64,000 nucleotides of DNA from assembly GCF_002105155.1 (NCBI RefSeq), contig NW_019029010.1, positions 372,001 to 436,000 on the forward strand, given 5' to 3'. Made by a program: the position numbers and the translations under genes. Below, piece after piece: positions 52,436 through 64,000 of the stretch; position 1 is the stretch's first letter, and every line of letters starts with the position of its first letter. The notes below the pieces were generated by a model that worked only from the letters and a program-made list of their open reading frames with translations, was not told where the DNA came from and did not search any database. Source of the stretch: Lobosporangium transversale. Lineage: Eukaryota.

Positions 52436-53743
52436 TTAAGCCTCCAAATCGTTAGGACGACGCGTGCCATCATATTTCCTGTTACTTGAAGAGTTGATCA
52501 ATAGGCTATCCCTCTCTTCAGCACCTTTCACTCTGCTTGAATTATTTACATGATTGATATAAGGATACCCTTCTTCAGCTGCATCATCATCGTTTTTGCC
52601 AGTAGCATAGATATCAGTTCGATCTCTATAAAGGATATAATGCTGCGTGATAAAGAGGAGATCGAACGCAATACTCAAGAAGCCCAATCCAAACTTGACA
52701 GGATTGCCTGAGATGCCAGACCAATCACCTGAGAGATAAGTATCCAACACAAGTTGAGCAATGCTGAGCACACCTCCTGTGAGGTCCAACAAGATGTTAT
52801 GGATACTCCAGCCTGCGGTGGATTTAGCCTTGTAATTGATAAATGCTTGAGGAAGGTACTTTAGGAAACTGACTATCATCTTTATGTGGCTGAAAAAGTA
52901 GAGAAGATCGATCCAATGCATATGTTGCATCGGCCAGATTCCTAAGCCTATTCCAATGGTGGAGAGTATGGTCGCAACGATGAAGACCAGGATGAAACTG
53001 AAGGTTGATCTTGAAACACGCTGATCTTCATCACGCTATAAATTTGCATGATTATGGAAAATTAAAAATAAAAATTAGAAAGCCAAGGAAAGAAAACTGA
53101 TCATGAGAATCCATTTTATATTCTCATGTCCGAAGAGATATGACGTGCTTTGGAAACAAAGGGTGGAACTAGCACACCTTCGCCCAATTTATTTCCCCGC
53201 AAAATAGATATTTTTCCCTTACACAAATTTTTTTTTGGTTGGGTGAGCGCAGCTGACAAATTACCTTGTAGATTTGTGTTTGGATGAGCGTAAAAGTCGC
53301 TATGATGAGTGCATGAACCGCAAAAAAAACGTCATTTGCGCGGACTAGGTTTTCTTGTCCATTATTTCGACGCTTGTATTCCTCTTGAATCTCGGAGCTG
53401 AAGAAGAAGGCTACGTTGAAGATCTAGTGATGGTCCCAAATAGTAAAAAAAAAAAATAATAATAAAAGACTGCTCCAATTTCATTTTTAACATCATCTCT
53501 TATGGGCTATCGCGGCGATGAAAATCGATTTCTATAGTTAATTACTGAATAAGAAAGAAAGCCCAAGACATTTAAGTGGAGATAATCCATTGACAATCCT
53601 TGAACACTTTTCCGTCGCCAATTGAGGATGGCTTGTGGGTAGAAACTAACAGACCATGCAAGGAAGTAGCTCCAGCCCAGGAGGTATGATACAATCCGGC
53701 CAAATCCGTGTTGAGATGCACCATTTATGTGGCTGTAATCCAT
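52436..53743 (-). CDS. CTNS: Cystinosin/Ers1-like PQ-loop vacuolar cystine transporter, 3 exons
   Basis: GWSYFLAWSVSFYPQAILNWRRKSVQGLSMD, VRANDVFFAVHA, KYLPQAFINYKAKSTAGWSIHNILLDLTGG, NPVKFGLG, QHYILY. Confidence 0.93.
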
Positions 53744-54280
53744 GACTTTTCCTAATATGTCAGTCGCTATTTGCTACTGTTATTATTATGTAGAGCTAGA
53801 AGAGCAAGAGAAAGAATGGAATGGCCGTTTATTGTTTCAGTTACTGTTATCGTTATTGTTATCGCCTATTGCCGCTGCTGCTGCCGTTACTGTTGTCGTT
53901 GCTATTGCCGTTGCTGTTGTAACAGTGCATAAGCCAAGGATCTCAATAAATGGAAGGTAAAAGTAGAAGAGAAGAGCGAGGGGAATGGGAGAGAGAACTT
54001 GTAAGTAAAACAGTTGTGATTGAAAGCAATATTTGAAGCTTAAAGCACGCAATACGATCCTATGAGCCAATTTTTTTTTTTAGTGGCAAGAAATTCTTTC
54101 TGGTCGCATGGGCTTCACTTCAATTTCTTCCCCACATTTTGTTTGACAACATTCATTTTACCCTTAAATGGTCTGCCAATCAAATCTTTTGATCACTCTG
54201 TGTCTTTTATCTTTGTGAAATGCTTTCTTTTTCATCATCTCTCCTTTATTCCCATCACTCATTTCATTCTGCTCATCACA

Positions 54281-55695
54281 ATGCGCTGGAACTTGGCATT
54301 GCTGATCGTCCTGGCCTTACTGGCCCTTGTTAGGCAGGCTGCTGCCTGGGAAGAAGGTACCTTTTTATTCATGTCCTACTAATCTATCCCGTATCCCATA
54401 CCTGTTACTTTTATAACCACGAAGAAAGCTGCTCAGTTTTTTTTTTTTTTTTTTTTTTTTTTTCCTTCTCTTTTCCTCTAAACAACCCAATGCAACGCTA
54501 ACAATGATAATAATCACAAATAAAAATAGGTGATTTTGAAATCTTTGATCTCGTGGATGCACTTGAGAAAGCAGAAGGAGCTGATGTCAACTTTTATTCT
54601 TGGATGGGCGTTACTCAAAAGACTCCCAAGAACGAGATCGAACGTGCCTTCCGTAAAATGTCCCGATCTCTTCAGTACGTTTCTTATCTTGTCAACCAAA
54701 GAGCTCTATACTCATCGTTTTTTTTTTTTTTTTTTTTTTTTTTTGCGTCATTGGCTGTTAGTATAGCTTTTTGAGGCAATTAGAAGTGACATAGTAACCT
54801 GATCCATTGTTGGTTTTTTTCTTTTTTTTTCTACAAATTTATCAGTCCTGATAAGAACAAAGGCCCAAAAGCTCAGGAAAAATATGCTCGTTTGTCAAGC
54901 ATCATCACTATCTTGCGCGATGACGCCAAACGTGAGCGTTATAACTTCTTCCTCAAGAACGGCGTACCACGCTGGCGCGGCTCCGCCTACTTGTATAGAC
55001 GCCATCGTCCCGGCTTCAAAACTGTCTGTGTCTTTTTGGTAGTCCTAGTCTCTGCTTTCCAGTACTTGGCTCACTATGTCAGTTATGTTCAGGAAAGAAG
55101 ACGCATGTCCGGAATGATTGAACAATACAAGGAAATGATTCGTGAAAAACACCAAAAGATTCTGGAAGGACCCATCACTGGTCGTCAACGTCGTTCTGGA
55201 GCATCATCACCACCTGAAGCTGTGACACCCTTGGGGGAAGTTGAAGGCCCCATGTATGCTGTTAATCAATATGGCGAGGAAATTGAATTAACCCTCGATA
55301 ACATTCATTCACCCAAAATCAAGGATTTGATCATCTTCAGATTCCCCTTCTGGATCGTCAAAGCATTATTGTTGTTGGCTCCAAAATCTATTCGCGAAAA
55401 GGTCTATGCCATGAATGCTTTTGAGAGTATTCGCCCCAAGGACCTTAAAGAGGAGGCAGAAGCTGCCAAGCGCAAACTCCGTAAGGCTGAATTGGCTAAG
55501 AAGAGAGCAGCGAAACGTGCAACTCAACAGAAGCAGAGTCCTGACGTTAGTGATGATGAGGTGTATAACTCATCTGAGGATGATGAGGCCACACTGGCTG
55601 CACGGGCCAAGGAAGAGGAGCTGGCTGCTGCAAGAAGACGCCGTCGCATGAAGGCTCCTGGTCAGGCTACACTCAAGGGTGGACGACGTGGATAA
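54281..55695 (+). CDS. ER DnaJ co-chaperone, Erj5/DNAJC1-like, 3 exons
   Basis: Signal peptide MRWNLALLIVLALLALVRQAAA, WEEGDFEIFDL, NFYSWMGV..RKMSRSLH|PDKN, RERYNFFLKNGVPRWRG..YLYRRHRPG, a TM helix and a charged tail. Confidence 0.9.
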
Positions 55696-55959
55696 ACAAA
55701 GCATCTGATCTATTCTGGAGCTTTTGACCTTTTTCTTTCCTTCCTGCCATCCTTATTTAGTTGTGTAGCAATCTATTTTTTTTTTTTTACACTCATTTCT
55801 TATAAATGCCTGTCATTGAATATATTAAACATACTATTACAAAACCGCATAGTTTAATCTTAATTCTAATATGAAGTGACCATACATTTATTACTTTATT
55901 ATGTTATTGCTCTTTAATAACCAAACAAATCACAAAAAAAAGAAAAAGAAAAAAAAGAT

Positions 55960-58900
55960 CTAAAATTCGTCATTGCCTCTTCTACGTCCGCCAACGCCAC
56001 CCTTGGTCATAGCAGCTTCATGGTTCCGAAGTTCTGCTGGAACGGTAGCCAATGTAGATTTTGTCAACATCTGCTTGAGATCATAGTACACGTCTGTATC
56101 GTAACTGGACAGGAAGGTCACAGCTACACCAGACCGTCCTGCACGACCGGTACGACCGATACGGTGAGTATAGTCCTCAATATTCTTGGCCATATCAAAG
56201 TTCACCACCAAAGAAACATTTTGGACATCGATACCACGACCAGCAACATCCGTCGCCACCAAAACATCACTCTTTCCATTCTTAAGTTGTGACAGTGCCA
56301 GCTCACGCTGTTCCTGCGATTTGCCACCATGCAAAGTTGTGGCGCGGAGTCCAGAACTGTTGATCATCTTAGCAAGCATATCGCAGCTTCTCTTTTGGTT
56401 TACGAATACAATCATTGGAGGAGCGAATTGTCCCTTCAACAATTCCATCAAACGGTTCCTATTAGAAATAATAGAAAAAAGCGGTTAATTTCATGTTACC
56501 TTTTACACATTATTGCCAAAATAAAAATAAAAAAATAAAAATAAAAAAATTAAACCATTGCCCAATAATAGAAAAAAAAATAAAATAAAATAAAATAAAG
56601 CAGCAATCGAGCGTACTTCTTCCTATTTTCGTCCGTGATCATCTCGACACGCTGCTCTACAGTCTCGACAGCCTGTCCAGCAGTACCAATGGTGACAACA
56701 GCAGGTCGACGAAGATATCTCTTGGCAAGTCGTTCGACCGCCGCAGGCATGGTTGCTGAAAACATGGTTGTCTGACGGTACTTCTTGTTCGAGTCCTCAC
56801 CGATAGCTTTTGTCATTTTGCTTGCATCCTCTGCTTCATCCGTATCAGGCTTAAGGTTAGAGACTGGAAGAGCATCCAGAATGAAGTTGACGTCGGCTTC
56901 AAATCCCATATCAATCATCCTGTCAGCCTCATCCATGACCACATATGTGCATTGATTAAGGACCAAGATACGACGATCTAAACAATCTTTAAGACGACCT
57001 GGTGTAGCAATGATGATCTCTGCTCCGTTTCTGAGGTTGAAGGCCTGCTCTTCTACAGCATGTCCTCCCACAATGGATACACAGTTGAATCCAAGAGGGA
57101 CAGCAAATTTGAGGGCCTCCTGTTCAATCTGCTGTGCCAATTCACGTGTCGGCGCTAGGATCAACGCATAGGGTCCATGTACCATGTTTTGCTCATTCAA
57201 TCTAGGAAGATCAAAAATGAACTGTAACATGGGAATTAAGAAAGAAGCTGTTTTACCAGATCCAGTCTCTGCAATACCAATAATATCACGGTTCTGTAAT
57301 CCAATAGGAATAGCCTGTCGCTGAATTGGTGTTGGAGATGTATATCCAATCTTTTCAATGACTTCCAAGATCTTGGGATCGATAGTAGATTCGCTCCAGC
57401 GACGAATGGGGTTAGGTATACTTCCACCTAGCCGGAAGTTAACAACAATATCAACAATAAAAAAAAAAAAAGAAATTAGATTCCCAGTTTTGAAATATTT
57501 ATATATATATATAATACAGCATCCTGAAACATGAGAGACAGACCTTTGCATGCAATATTGAAATCTTCCTTGAAAATACGCCAGTCTCTGTCGCGCATTT
57601 GATCTAAAGGCTTCTCTGACCAATGGCGATCTGCATAATTGACCTTGCGTTCCTTCTGAGCGGCAATGTTATCCAGTTCTCCCATGCGCGCAATTTCAAC
57701 ATCACTTCTTCTTGAAGCCATCAACTTGTCATAAAATCCACTCTTTGATTTATGATCCTTGAGATCGATACCTGCAAAATGACCACGGCCATAGAGCTGA
57801 GCACTGTGCCTGTGTGTATAGAGGGGGTTTAGGTCGCGCGAAGTGTCGTCATCTGCATTCCAATCAAAGACAAATTTTTTGTCGTTGCGTTTGCGGACCT
57901 TTCTCTCTCTTTCTTCAATACCCATATAGCGTTTCTAATTTATAAAAAAAAAAAAAAAAAAAAAAAGGCAATAGATAAGAGCTATGAGATATTGTTCGCT
58001 AAATGATCATAGCCAGTAAAATATGATGATATGTAATTGCAAAAAGGAAAAAGTGCTCCTAATATGTACTTACTTTGACATGCTCAATCTCTTTTTCACC
58101 GAGCACAATGCCAGCGGTTGCGGAACTAGAGTCTTTACTATCTTTACTATCTTTAATATCTTTATGACGAGAGTCACCGTTGGTTCGTCCAAATCGATCC
58201 CGGTCATACCTGTCTCGATCTCTGCTGTCATACCCATATCGATTGTTGTCCTGAACTTCAGCGCGCGCCTTGGCATCGAACTCGGCACGCTGCTGTCTCT
58301 CCAATTCCTGTGCTTTCCTCTGAGCCTCTACTTCTTTTGCACGCCTCTCTAGTGCCAATTGTGCTCGTTGCTCCTTGGTCAGGAATTTCGGCTATATGTT
58401 TTTTATTTTTTTTTTTTATTTTTTAGTATATTATAAAAGAGCCGTCAATTTGCAGTTACAGAATAAACAAGAGATAGGAAATAAAAATACCTTTTCAAGA
58501 GCCTGCTTCTCCTGCTCCTTCTGCTTAATAAGCTCTTCAAGTGAAATAGGAACTTTTCTAGCAGATGGTGCAGGGCTTCCCTCATTCTTATCGTCGATAT
58601 CTATAGAATTCCCCTTATTGTTATTGCCATCAGTGCCAAATTTTGAGCCATTGACGGGTGAACTTTCTCGATCTCTTTCTTCACGAGGATAACGAGCATC
58701 ACGATATGATGAATCTCGACCATCTCGGTCCCGCTCTCTTTCCCGATCCCGATCCCGATCCCGATCCCGTCGATCGCGATCCCGTTCTCGTTCTCTATCT
58801 CGACTACTGATACCTCTCGCATCTCTGCCGTCTCGACTATCCCGATTGTCCCTATAAGAGTCTCGAGTGCTGCTACTAATATTGTTGCGATTAGCAGCAT

Positions 58901-59012
58901 TATTACTGGCGCCATAGCGATCACCGTCTCTGTCCCTGTTGCTACGATTTCTATCAGGACTTCTGCTTCGACTCCTGTCCCTGCGTCTGTAGTCACTCTG
59001 TCTGCTCGACAT
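55960..59012 (-). CDS. PRP28: U5 snRNP DEAD-box helicase Prp28/DDX23
   Basis: RD/RS-rich N-terminus, [79 protein letters not shown]. Confidence 0.96.
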
Positions 59013-59457
59013 TTTTATTTTTGTGTTTTTTTTATAATTCCTTTGTAATGGTTTCTTGACTTGAGCCCTTACTGCTGTGATGAAATTGTTCCTGGAATAT
59101 CTACGACGAATGACAGCAATGACAATGACTGAGAAATGAGAAATGAGAAGTGAGGAATGAGAATAGACCTCCAGCCAAAATGTCAAGTTTGGTCCCAGCC
59201 TGAGAGAGAAGTGTCTGTAAGAGCAAGCCACATTTGCCTTTCAGCACGTGCATGTGCACATGAACTCCGAGCCAAGTTAATTGGAAATTTGCCAAAATCA
59301 GGGAAAACCACGCCCTGCAATTGTAACACATCACTCAACAAACTAAAAGAAGGAAAACCAAAGGACATTCTTGGAACGACTAAGGAAGAAAGAAGCAAGC
59401 AAGGCATTAAACATCTGGAAATCAGGAATTTATTTTTTTTTATTTTCTTTTTAAAAC

Positions 59458-59968
59458 ATGTCTTATAAACGAAAAGCCGAGTTACCTGTAGGCGATGTGA
59501 ATGATCTCATGGAGGTGACACCATTGGGTGCAGGCAGTGAAGTCGGAAGGTCTTGTCATATCCTCAAGTACAAGGGCAAAACTGTCATGGTACATCAATA
59601 TCGGCTAATGTTTTTTTATTTCCTATCCTTATTCTACTTTCTAATTGTTAATCAACAAACGAAATAGCGAAACAATTTAACAAAGGTCTTGTTGAATAAA
59701 GAACGGAGAACGATATTCACCAATTTACTCTCTCTCTCTCTCTTTCTCTCTCTTTTTATCTTTATTTTTTTTTTCCTTCCCCTCTCTATATATATGTTTA
59801 TTCTTTCTTGCCATGTTTAATGGTGATCATTGAAAATGTTTGAATATGAATGTATATGTTATGGTAGCTGGACTGTGGCATTCATCCTGGTCAAAGTGGA
59901 ATCTCTGGACTCCCTTTCTTTGACGAGGTAGACCCTGCGTCAATCGATGTTCTATTGATCACCCAGTA

Positions 59969-60003
<35 letters not shown>

Positions 60004-61443
60004 ACTTCATAGATTCATGATTAGAGCTAACCCCTGATATATTGAAATACATGTTAGTTTTCATCTGGATCATGCTGCAGGATTACCATACTTTACAGAG
60101 AGAGTAAAACAAAGAGCAAAAAAAGAAAAGAAAAGAAACGAAAAAGGAACAAGTTGACAGATATTCTGTATACGTCTCGATCACTCATCTCTTATTTTTC
60201 TTTTCAAAAAATTCCCAATTCAGACTTCTTTCAGAGGACGCGTTTTCATGACACATCCTACGAAAGCTATTTTCAAATGGCTCTTATCAGACTATGTCAA
60301 AGTCAGGTATTTTCTTTTTTTTTCTTTTTTTTTTTTTTTTGTTTTTATAAAAAAAAATATCCAGACTCCTTGTATAATAACTTTTTGCTTTATATATACT
60401 TATGTTTATATATATATATATATATATATTAGCAATGTTGGTTCCAATGAAATGGTATATGACGAGACGCAATTAGCTGCTTGCTACGAAAAGATTGAGA
60501 CCGTGGATTATCATCAGGAGATGAACGTCGACGGTATCAAATTCACAGGATACAATGCAGGTCACGTCTTGGGGGCCGCCATGTTCTTGATCGAAATTGC
60601 TGGTGTCAAGGTAGCTTTTTTTTTTTTTTTTTTTTTTTTTTCGCACAGGTGTTTTCTTTGATCCATGTTTAAACTTCTTTTTATTTTTGTCACAACTTTT
60701 AAACATGAACAGATTTTATATACAGGGGATTACTCACGCGAAGAAGATCGCCACTTGATGGCAGCAGAGAAACCCACAAATGTGCAGACAGATGTCCTGA
60801 TCTGTGAATCCACCTATGGTGTCCAAAGCCATGAGCCTCGAATCGATCGTGAACGACGCTTTACTTCCACAGTCCATGAAATTGTTCAACGTGGGGGACG
60901 TTGCCTCTTACCGGTCTTCGCTTTAGGACAAGCACAGGAATTACTTTTAATGTTGGATGAATATTGGGCAGCCCATCCAGAACTGGAATCGGTCCCGGTT
61001 TATTACGCTTCCTCCTTGGCGAAGAAATGTATGACGGTCTATCAGACCTATATCAACATGATGAATTCCAAGATCCGAAAACAATTCGCCATCTCCAACC
61101 CTTTTGTCTTTAAACATATCTCTCATCTTAAAAACATGGACATGTTTGATGATACGGGCCCATGTGTGATGATGGCCAGTCCTGGAATGCTACAAAATGG
61201 TTTATCAAGAGAACTGTTTGAACGATGGTGTACCGACAAGAAGAATGGATTGTTGATCACTGGATATTGTGTCGAGAACACGTTGGCAAAAGATGTCATG
61301 AATGAACCTGATGAAATCCAGACCATGAACGGACAGAAATTAAAGTTACGCATGTCGGTCGATTATATTTCCTTCTCCGCTCACGTTGATTACACTCAGA
61401 ATAGTGCTTTTATCGATGAAGTGAAAGCACCCTATGTTGTAAG

Positions 61444-61477
<34 letters not shown>

Positions 61478-62673
61478 AAAGGATATTCAAATATGCAGCA
61501 GAAATGTGGAAGTGTTATAAAACAACTTTTTTTAAACAAGCTTTCCTCTCTAACTTATAATTTTTATTAAAAAAATAAAAAAAAAAAAAAAAAAAAAAAA
61601 AAAAGATCTTGGTCCACGGAGAGACCAATGCGATGGGTCGCCTCAAGAGTGCATTGATGAGTAAATATTCAGAACGCGATGAGGAGATCCATATCTTTAC
61701 CCCCAAGAACACAGAGACGGTAAAGCTTTATTTCCGTGGAGAGAAATTGGCTCGAACGATTGGGCATATGGCAGCGACTTTTCCAGAGAAGGACACAATG
61801 GTCACGGGTGTTTTGGTCGTCAAGGATTTCCAATATACTATCATGGATACTTCGGATCTGGAAGAGTTTGCGGGTCTAAAGACCACGGCAGTCCTTCAAC
61901 GTCAAATTGTTCCTTATCATGCTTCGTTTACGTTGTTGAAGTATCATTTGCAACAGATGTTTGGGAAAGTTCGGGAATTGGAACGTGATCTTAATAAACA
62001 GGAAACTGTCAGGGTAAAAAGAAGAAAGAAAGAAAGAAGAAAAATGCATGTAAGACTATGGTCTTGTTGCTATTACTAACGTGTCCTTCAATCATTCATG
62101 TTTTTTTATTTGTTTGTTTGTTTGTTTTGATCTTTCAAGATCTTTGATACTGTTGACGTGAAAGAGTACAATGTCAACCATGTGCTACTAGAGTGGATTG
62201 GCAATTCGGTCAACGATATGATAGCAGATTCAGTTCTAGCGGTGATCCTCAACATTGAGTCAAGTCCGGCCTCTGTTAAGCTCACAAAATCAGACCATAC
62301 CCACTCACATACACATGGACAGCCTCATCATCATCCATCTTCATCTATCAAGGTTGAAAAGGAAGACACGAAAGAGAGCAACGACATCTTGTCAACAAGT
62401 GGTGGTGATGGTGTTATTAGTAGTAACGGTGATATTTCTTTGGTGGAACGTAATCCTTCAGACGAGTTCCAGGATCTAGTCATGTTCTTCGCAAGCCAGT
62501 TTGGAGCCGAGAATGTGGAGCAAGATGAAAAGACTAGGACCATTGAGATCACAATGGATGGTGTACAGGCAACGGTTGACTGCAATCAGTTCGTGGTCAA
62601 ATGTGAGACAGATGCTTTGAGGCACCGAACCCAGAACGTCTTGGAACGCGCTGTACGTACTTGCATGCAATAG
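59458..62673 (+). CDS. CPSF3: CPSF73/Ysh1 pre-mRNA 3'-end endonuclease (metallo-beta-lactamase / beta-CASP), about 8 exons
   Basis: [91 protein letters not shown]. Confidence 0.97.
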
Positions 62674-62871
62674 AGGAACAAGGAAAAGAAAGGGGAAGAG
62701 GAAGTCTTTAGTCTCTACTTTTTATCGAATAAAGAACATCTATTGTAGTGTATTAATCTTTGCTACACTATTTTAGTTCTTATTGTTATTATTATTATTA
62801 TTATTATTTATTGCTTTGTTATTTTTATTATGTAAACTATTCAGCATCTGGTCACCCAACACTAATTTAAA

Positions 62872-64000
62872 TTACAGAAGATGCATAACTAGATGTTTGA
62901 TGTCGCTATTATTAGTACTGATGCTGTTGATGCTGCTGACTTTTGGACATTGTTGTTGCTGCTCCACTTGTTCTATACGCGACACAGCCGCATCCAGTCT
63001 TTCGATAGTTGTCAACAATTGTTGTATCCGCTCATCTTTACGATTATTTTCGTCTTCAAGTTGTTGAATAAGGGCTAATGCTTTAACTTTTTCTCCTTTT
63101 CTGGAACTATGATTGCTTCTAGTTGATGCTGATGTTGACAGGGCTGAAGTAAAAACTGGTGAAGATGACGACAACGATGATGAGGTTGATAAGGATAGTG
63201 ATGATGATAGTTGTGCACTCTCGATGAAGACTGAGCTGTTCCTGTTGCTCTTCTCCATACTGTGTTGTTGTTCTTGTTGCTGTTGTTGTTGTTGAAACTC
63301 CTGCTCTTTATCTTGAGACCAATGATTGAATAGTTCATGACTATAACTGTATCTTCTATGACTCTTGCCACTATTATTGCTGATGCTGGAGAATAAAAGT
63401 GTGCCTTCATCATAATCATCGTGGCCATGACTGCTACTACCACTGCTACTACTACTACCACTACTACTTCTACTACTATTACTACCACTACTACCATTAT
63501 TACCATCACCAATAATAGTACTGCCGCCAATAACAGTGCTACCAGCACTCAATGTCGACATACGTTTCATCTCCACGATCTCACGCTCCAACAACGTGAT
63601 CCGCTTTAACTTTGTGATCTGTTCTCGAGCCTGGTGCTTTAACTGGTTCTCCAAGTCCTCCAATACTACCTGTTTTTGCAATAGGTTCGCCTCATAGTGT
63701 TGAATTAGCTGTTCCAGTTCATGGATCTCCAATTGATGTCGGGCCTCTGATTCCTTCGTTTGAAAATCTCGACGTTGATGAGTCAAGAGCAATTCTTGTT
63801 TGAGCCCTTGGAGATATCGCTCCAGTTCTGTGATCTTGGACCTTAATGTCGAATTCTCAAGAGTCAATCGCCTTGAGGGCATAAAACCAGCCAAGAAAGA
63901 GAATCGACGGCGTCCTGAAGTTGAATTATTATTCTTACACTTGTTATCATATTTGCTAAAGCATCTAGCGTAATCGTTGTTGATAATGTTGCTACTGTTG
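62872..64000 (-). CDS. Hypothetical coiled-coil / low-complexity protein, 3' part; start beyond the right edge
   Basis: Open frame of at least 340 aa with heptad-like segments (LENSTLRSKITELERYLQGLKQEL..) and Ser/Gln tracts; no family recognised. Confidence 0.65.
   Translation of the reverse strand, partial: NSSNIINNDYARCFSKYDNKCKNNNSTSGRRRFSFLAGFMPSRRLTLENSTLRSKITELERYLQGLKQELLLTHQRRDFQTKESEARHQLEIHELEQLIQHYEANLLQKQVVLEDLENQLKHQAREQITKLKRITLLEREIVEMKRMSTLSAGSTVIGGSTIIGDGNNGSSGSNSSRSSSGSSSSSGSSSHGHDDYDEGTLLFSSISNNSGKSHRRYSYSHELFNHWSQDKEQEFQQQQQQQEQQHSMEKSNRNSSVFIESAQLSSSLSLSTSSSLSSSSPVFTSALSTSASTRSNHSSRKGEKVKALALIQQLEDENNRKDERIQQLLTTIERLDAAVSRIEQVEQQQQCPKVSSINSISTNNSDIKHLVMHLL

Noticed and set aside
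12081..62673. Apparent cluster of RNA-processing genes (SWAP, UPF3, RPB10, PRP28, CPSF3)
   Set aside because: Common housekeeping category interspersed with unrelated genes; no evidence beyond chance.
1..64000. U12-type introns, tRNA/rRNA genes, selenocysteine recoding
   Set aside because: No GTATCCTT/ATATCCTT donor at any inferred junction, no cloverleaf or rRNA-like block and no conserved in-frame TGA in intact genes were seen by eye; dedicated tools were not run.

Overview
Gene-dense, intron-rich fungal DNA. The gene content and the long poly-A/T tracts in introns suggest an early-diverging fungus, probably Mortierellaceae/Mucoromycota (inference). About 15 spliced protein-coding genes are supportable: an exportin-6-like gene (runs off the left edge), an M1 aminopeptidase, a Pro-rich protein ending in an HSPA12-like C-terminal domain, a SWAP/SFSWAP splicing factor, an ABC1/ADCK2-type kinase, UPF3, RPB10, a Pho80-type cyclin, a C-terminal J-domain membrane protein, a ~13 kb SZT2 gene, a very large PIP5K-family kinase, cystinosin/Ers1, an Erj5-like DnaJ protein, PRP28/DDX23, CPSF3/YSH1, plus a partial coiled-coil gene at the right edge. 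Two decayed accessory zones (about 10.6-12.0 kb and 24.4-28.8 kb) contain pseudogene-like frames, a 140-bp-arm inverted repeat and a hAT transposase relic. No rRNA, tRNA or CRISPR was recognised. The most notable observations are the 'animal-type' genes SZT2 and XPO6 in a fungus, the contiguous SZT2-PIP5K-cystinosin trio, a PIP kinase with a predicted N-terminal membrane anchor, and two unusual domain architectures. Family assignments come from motifs recognised by eye, not from database searches, and exon boundaries were inferred manually.
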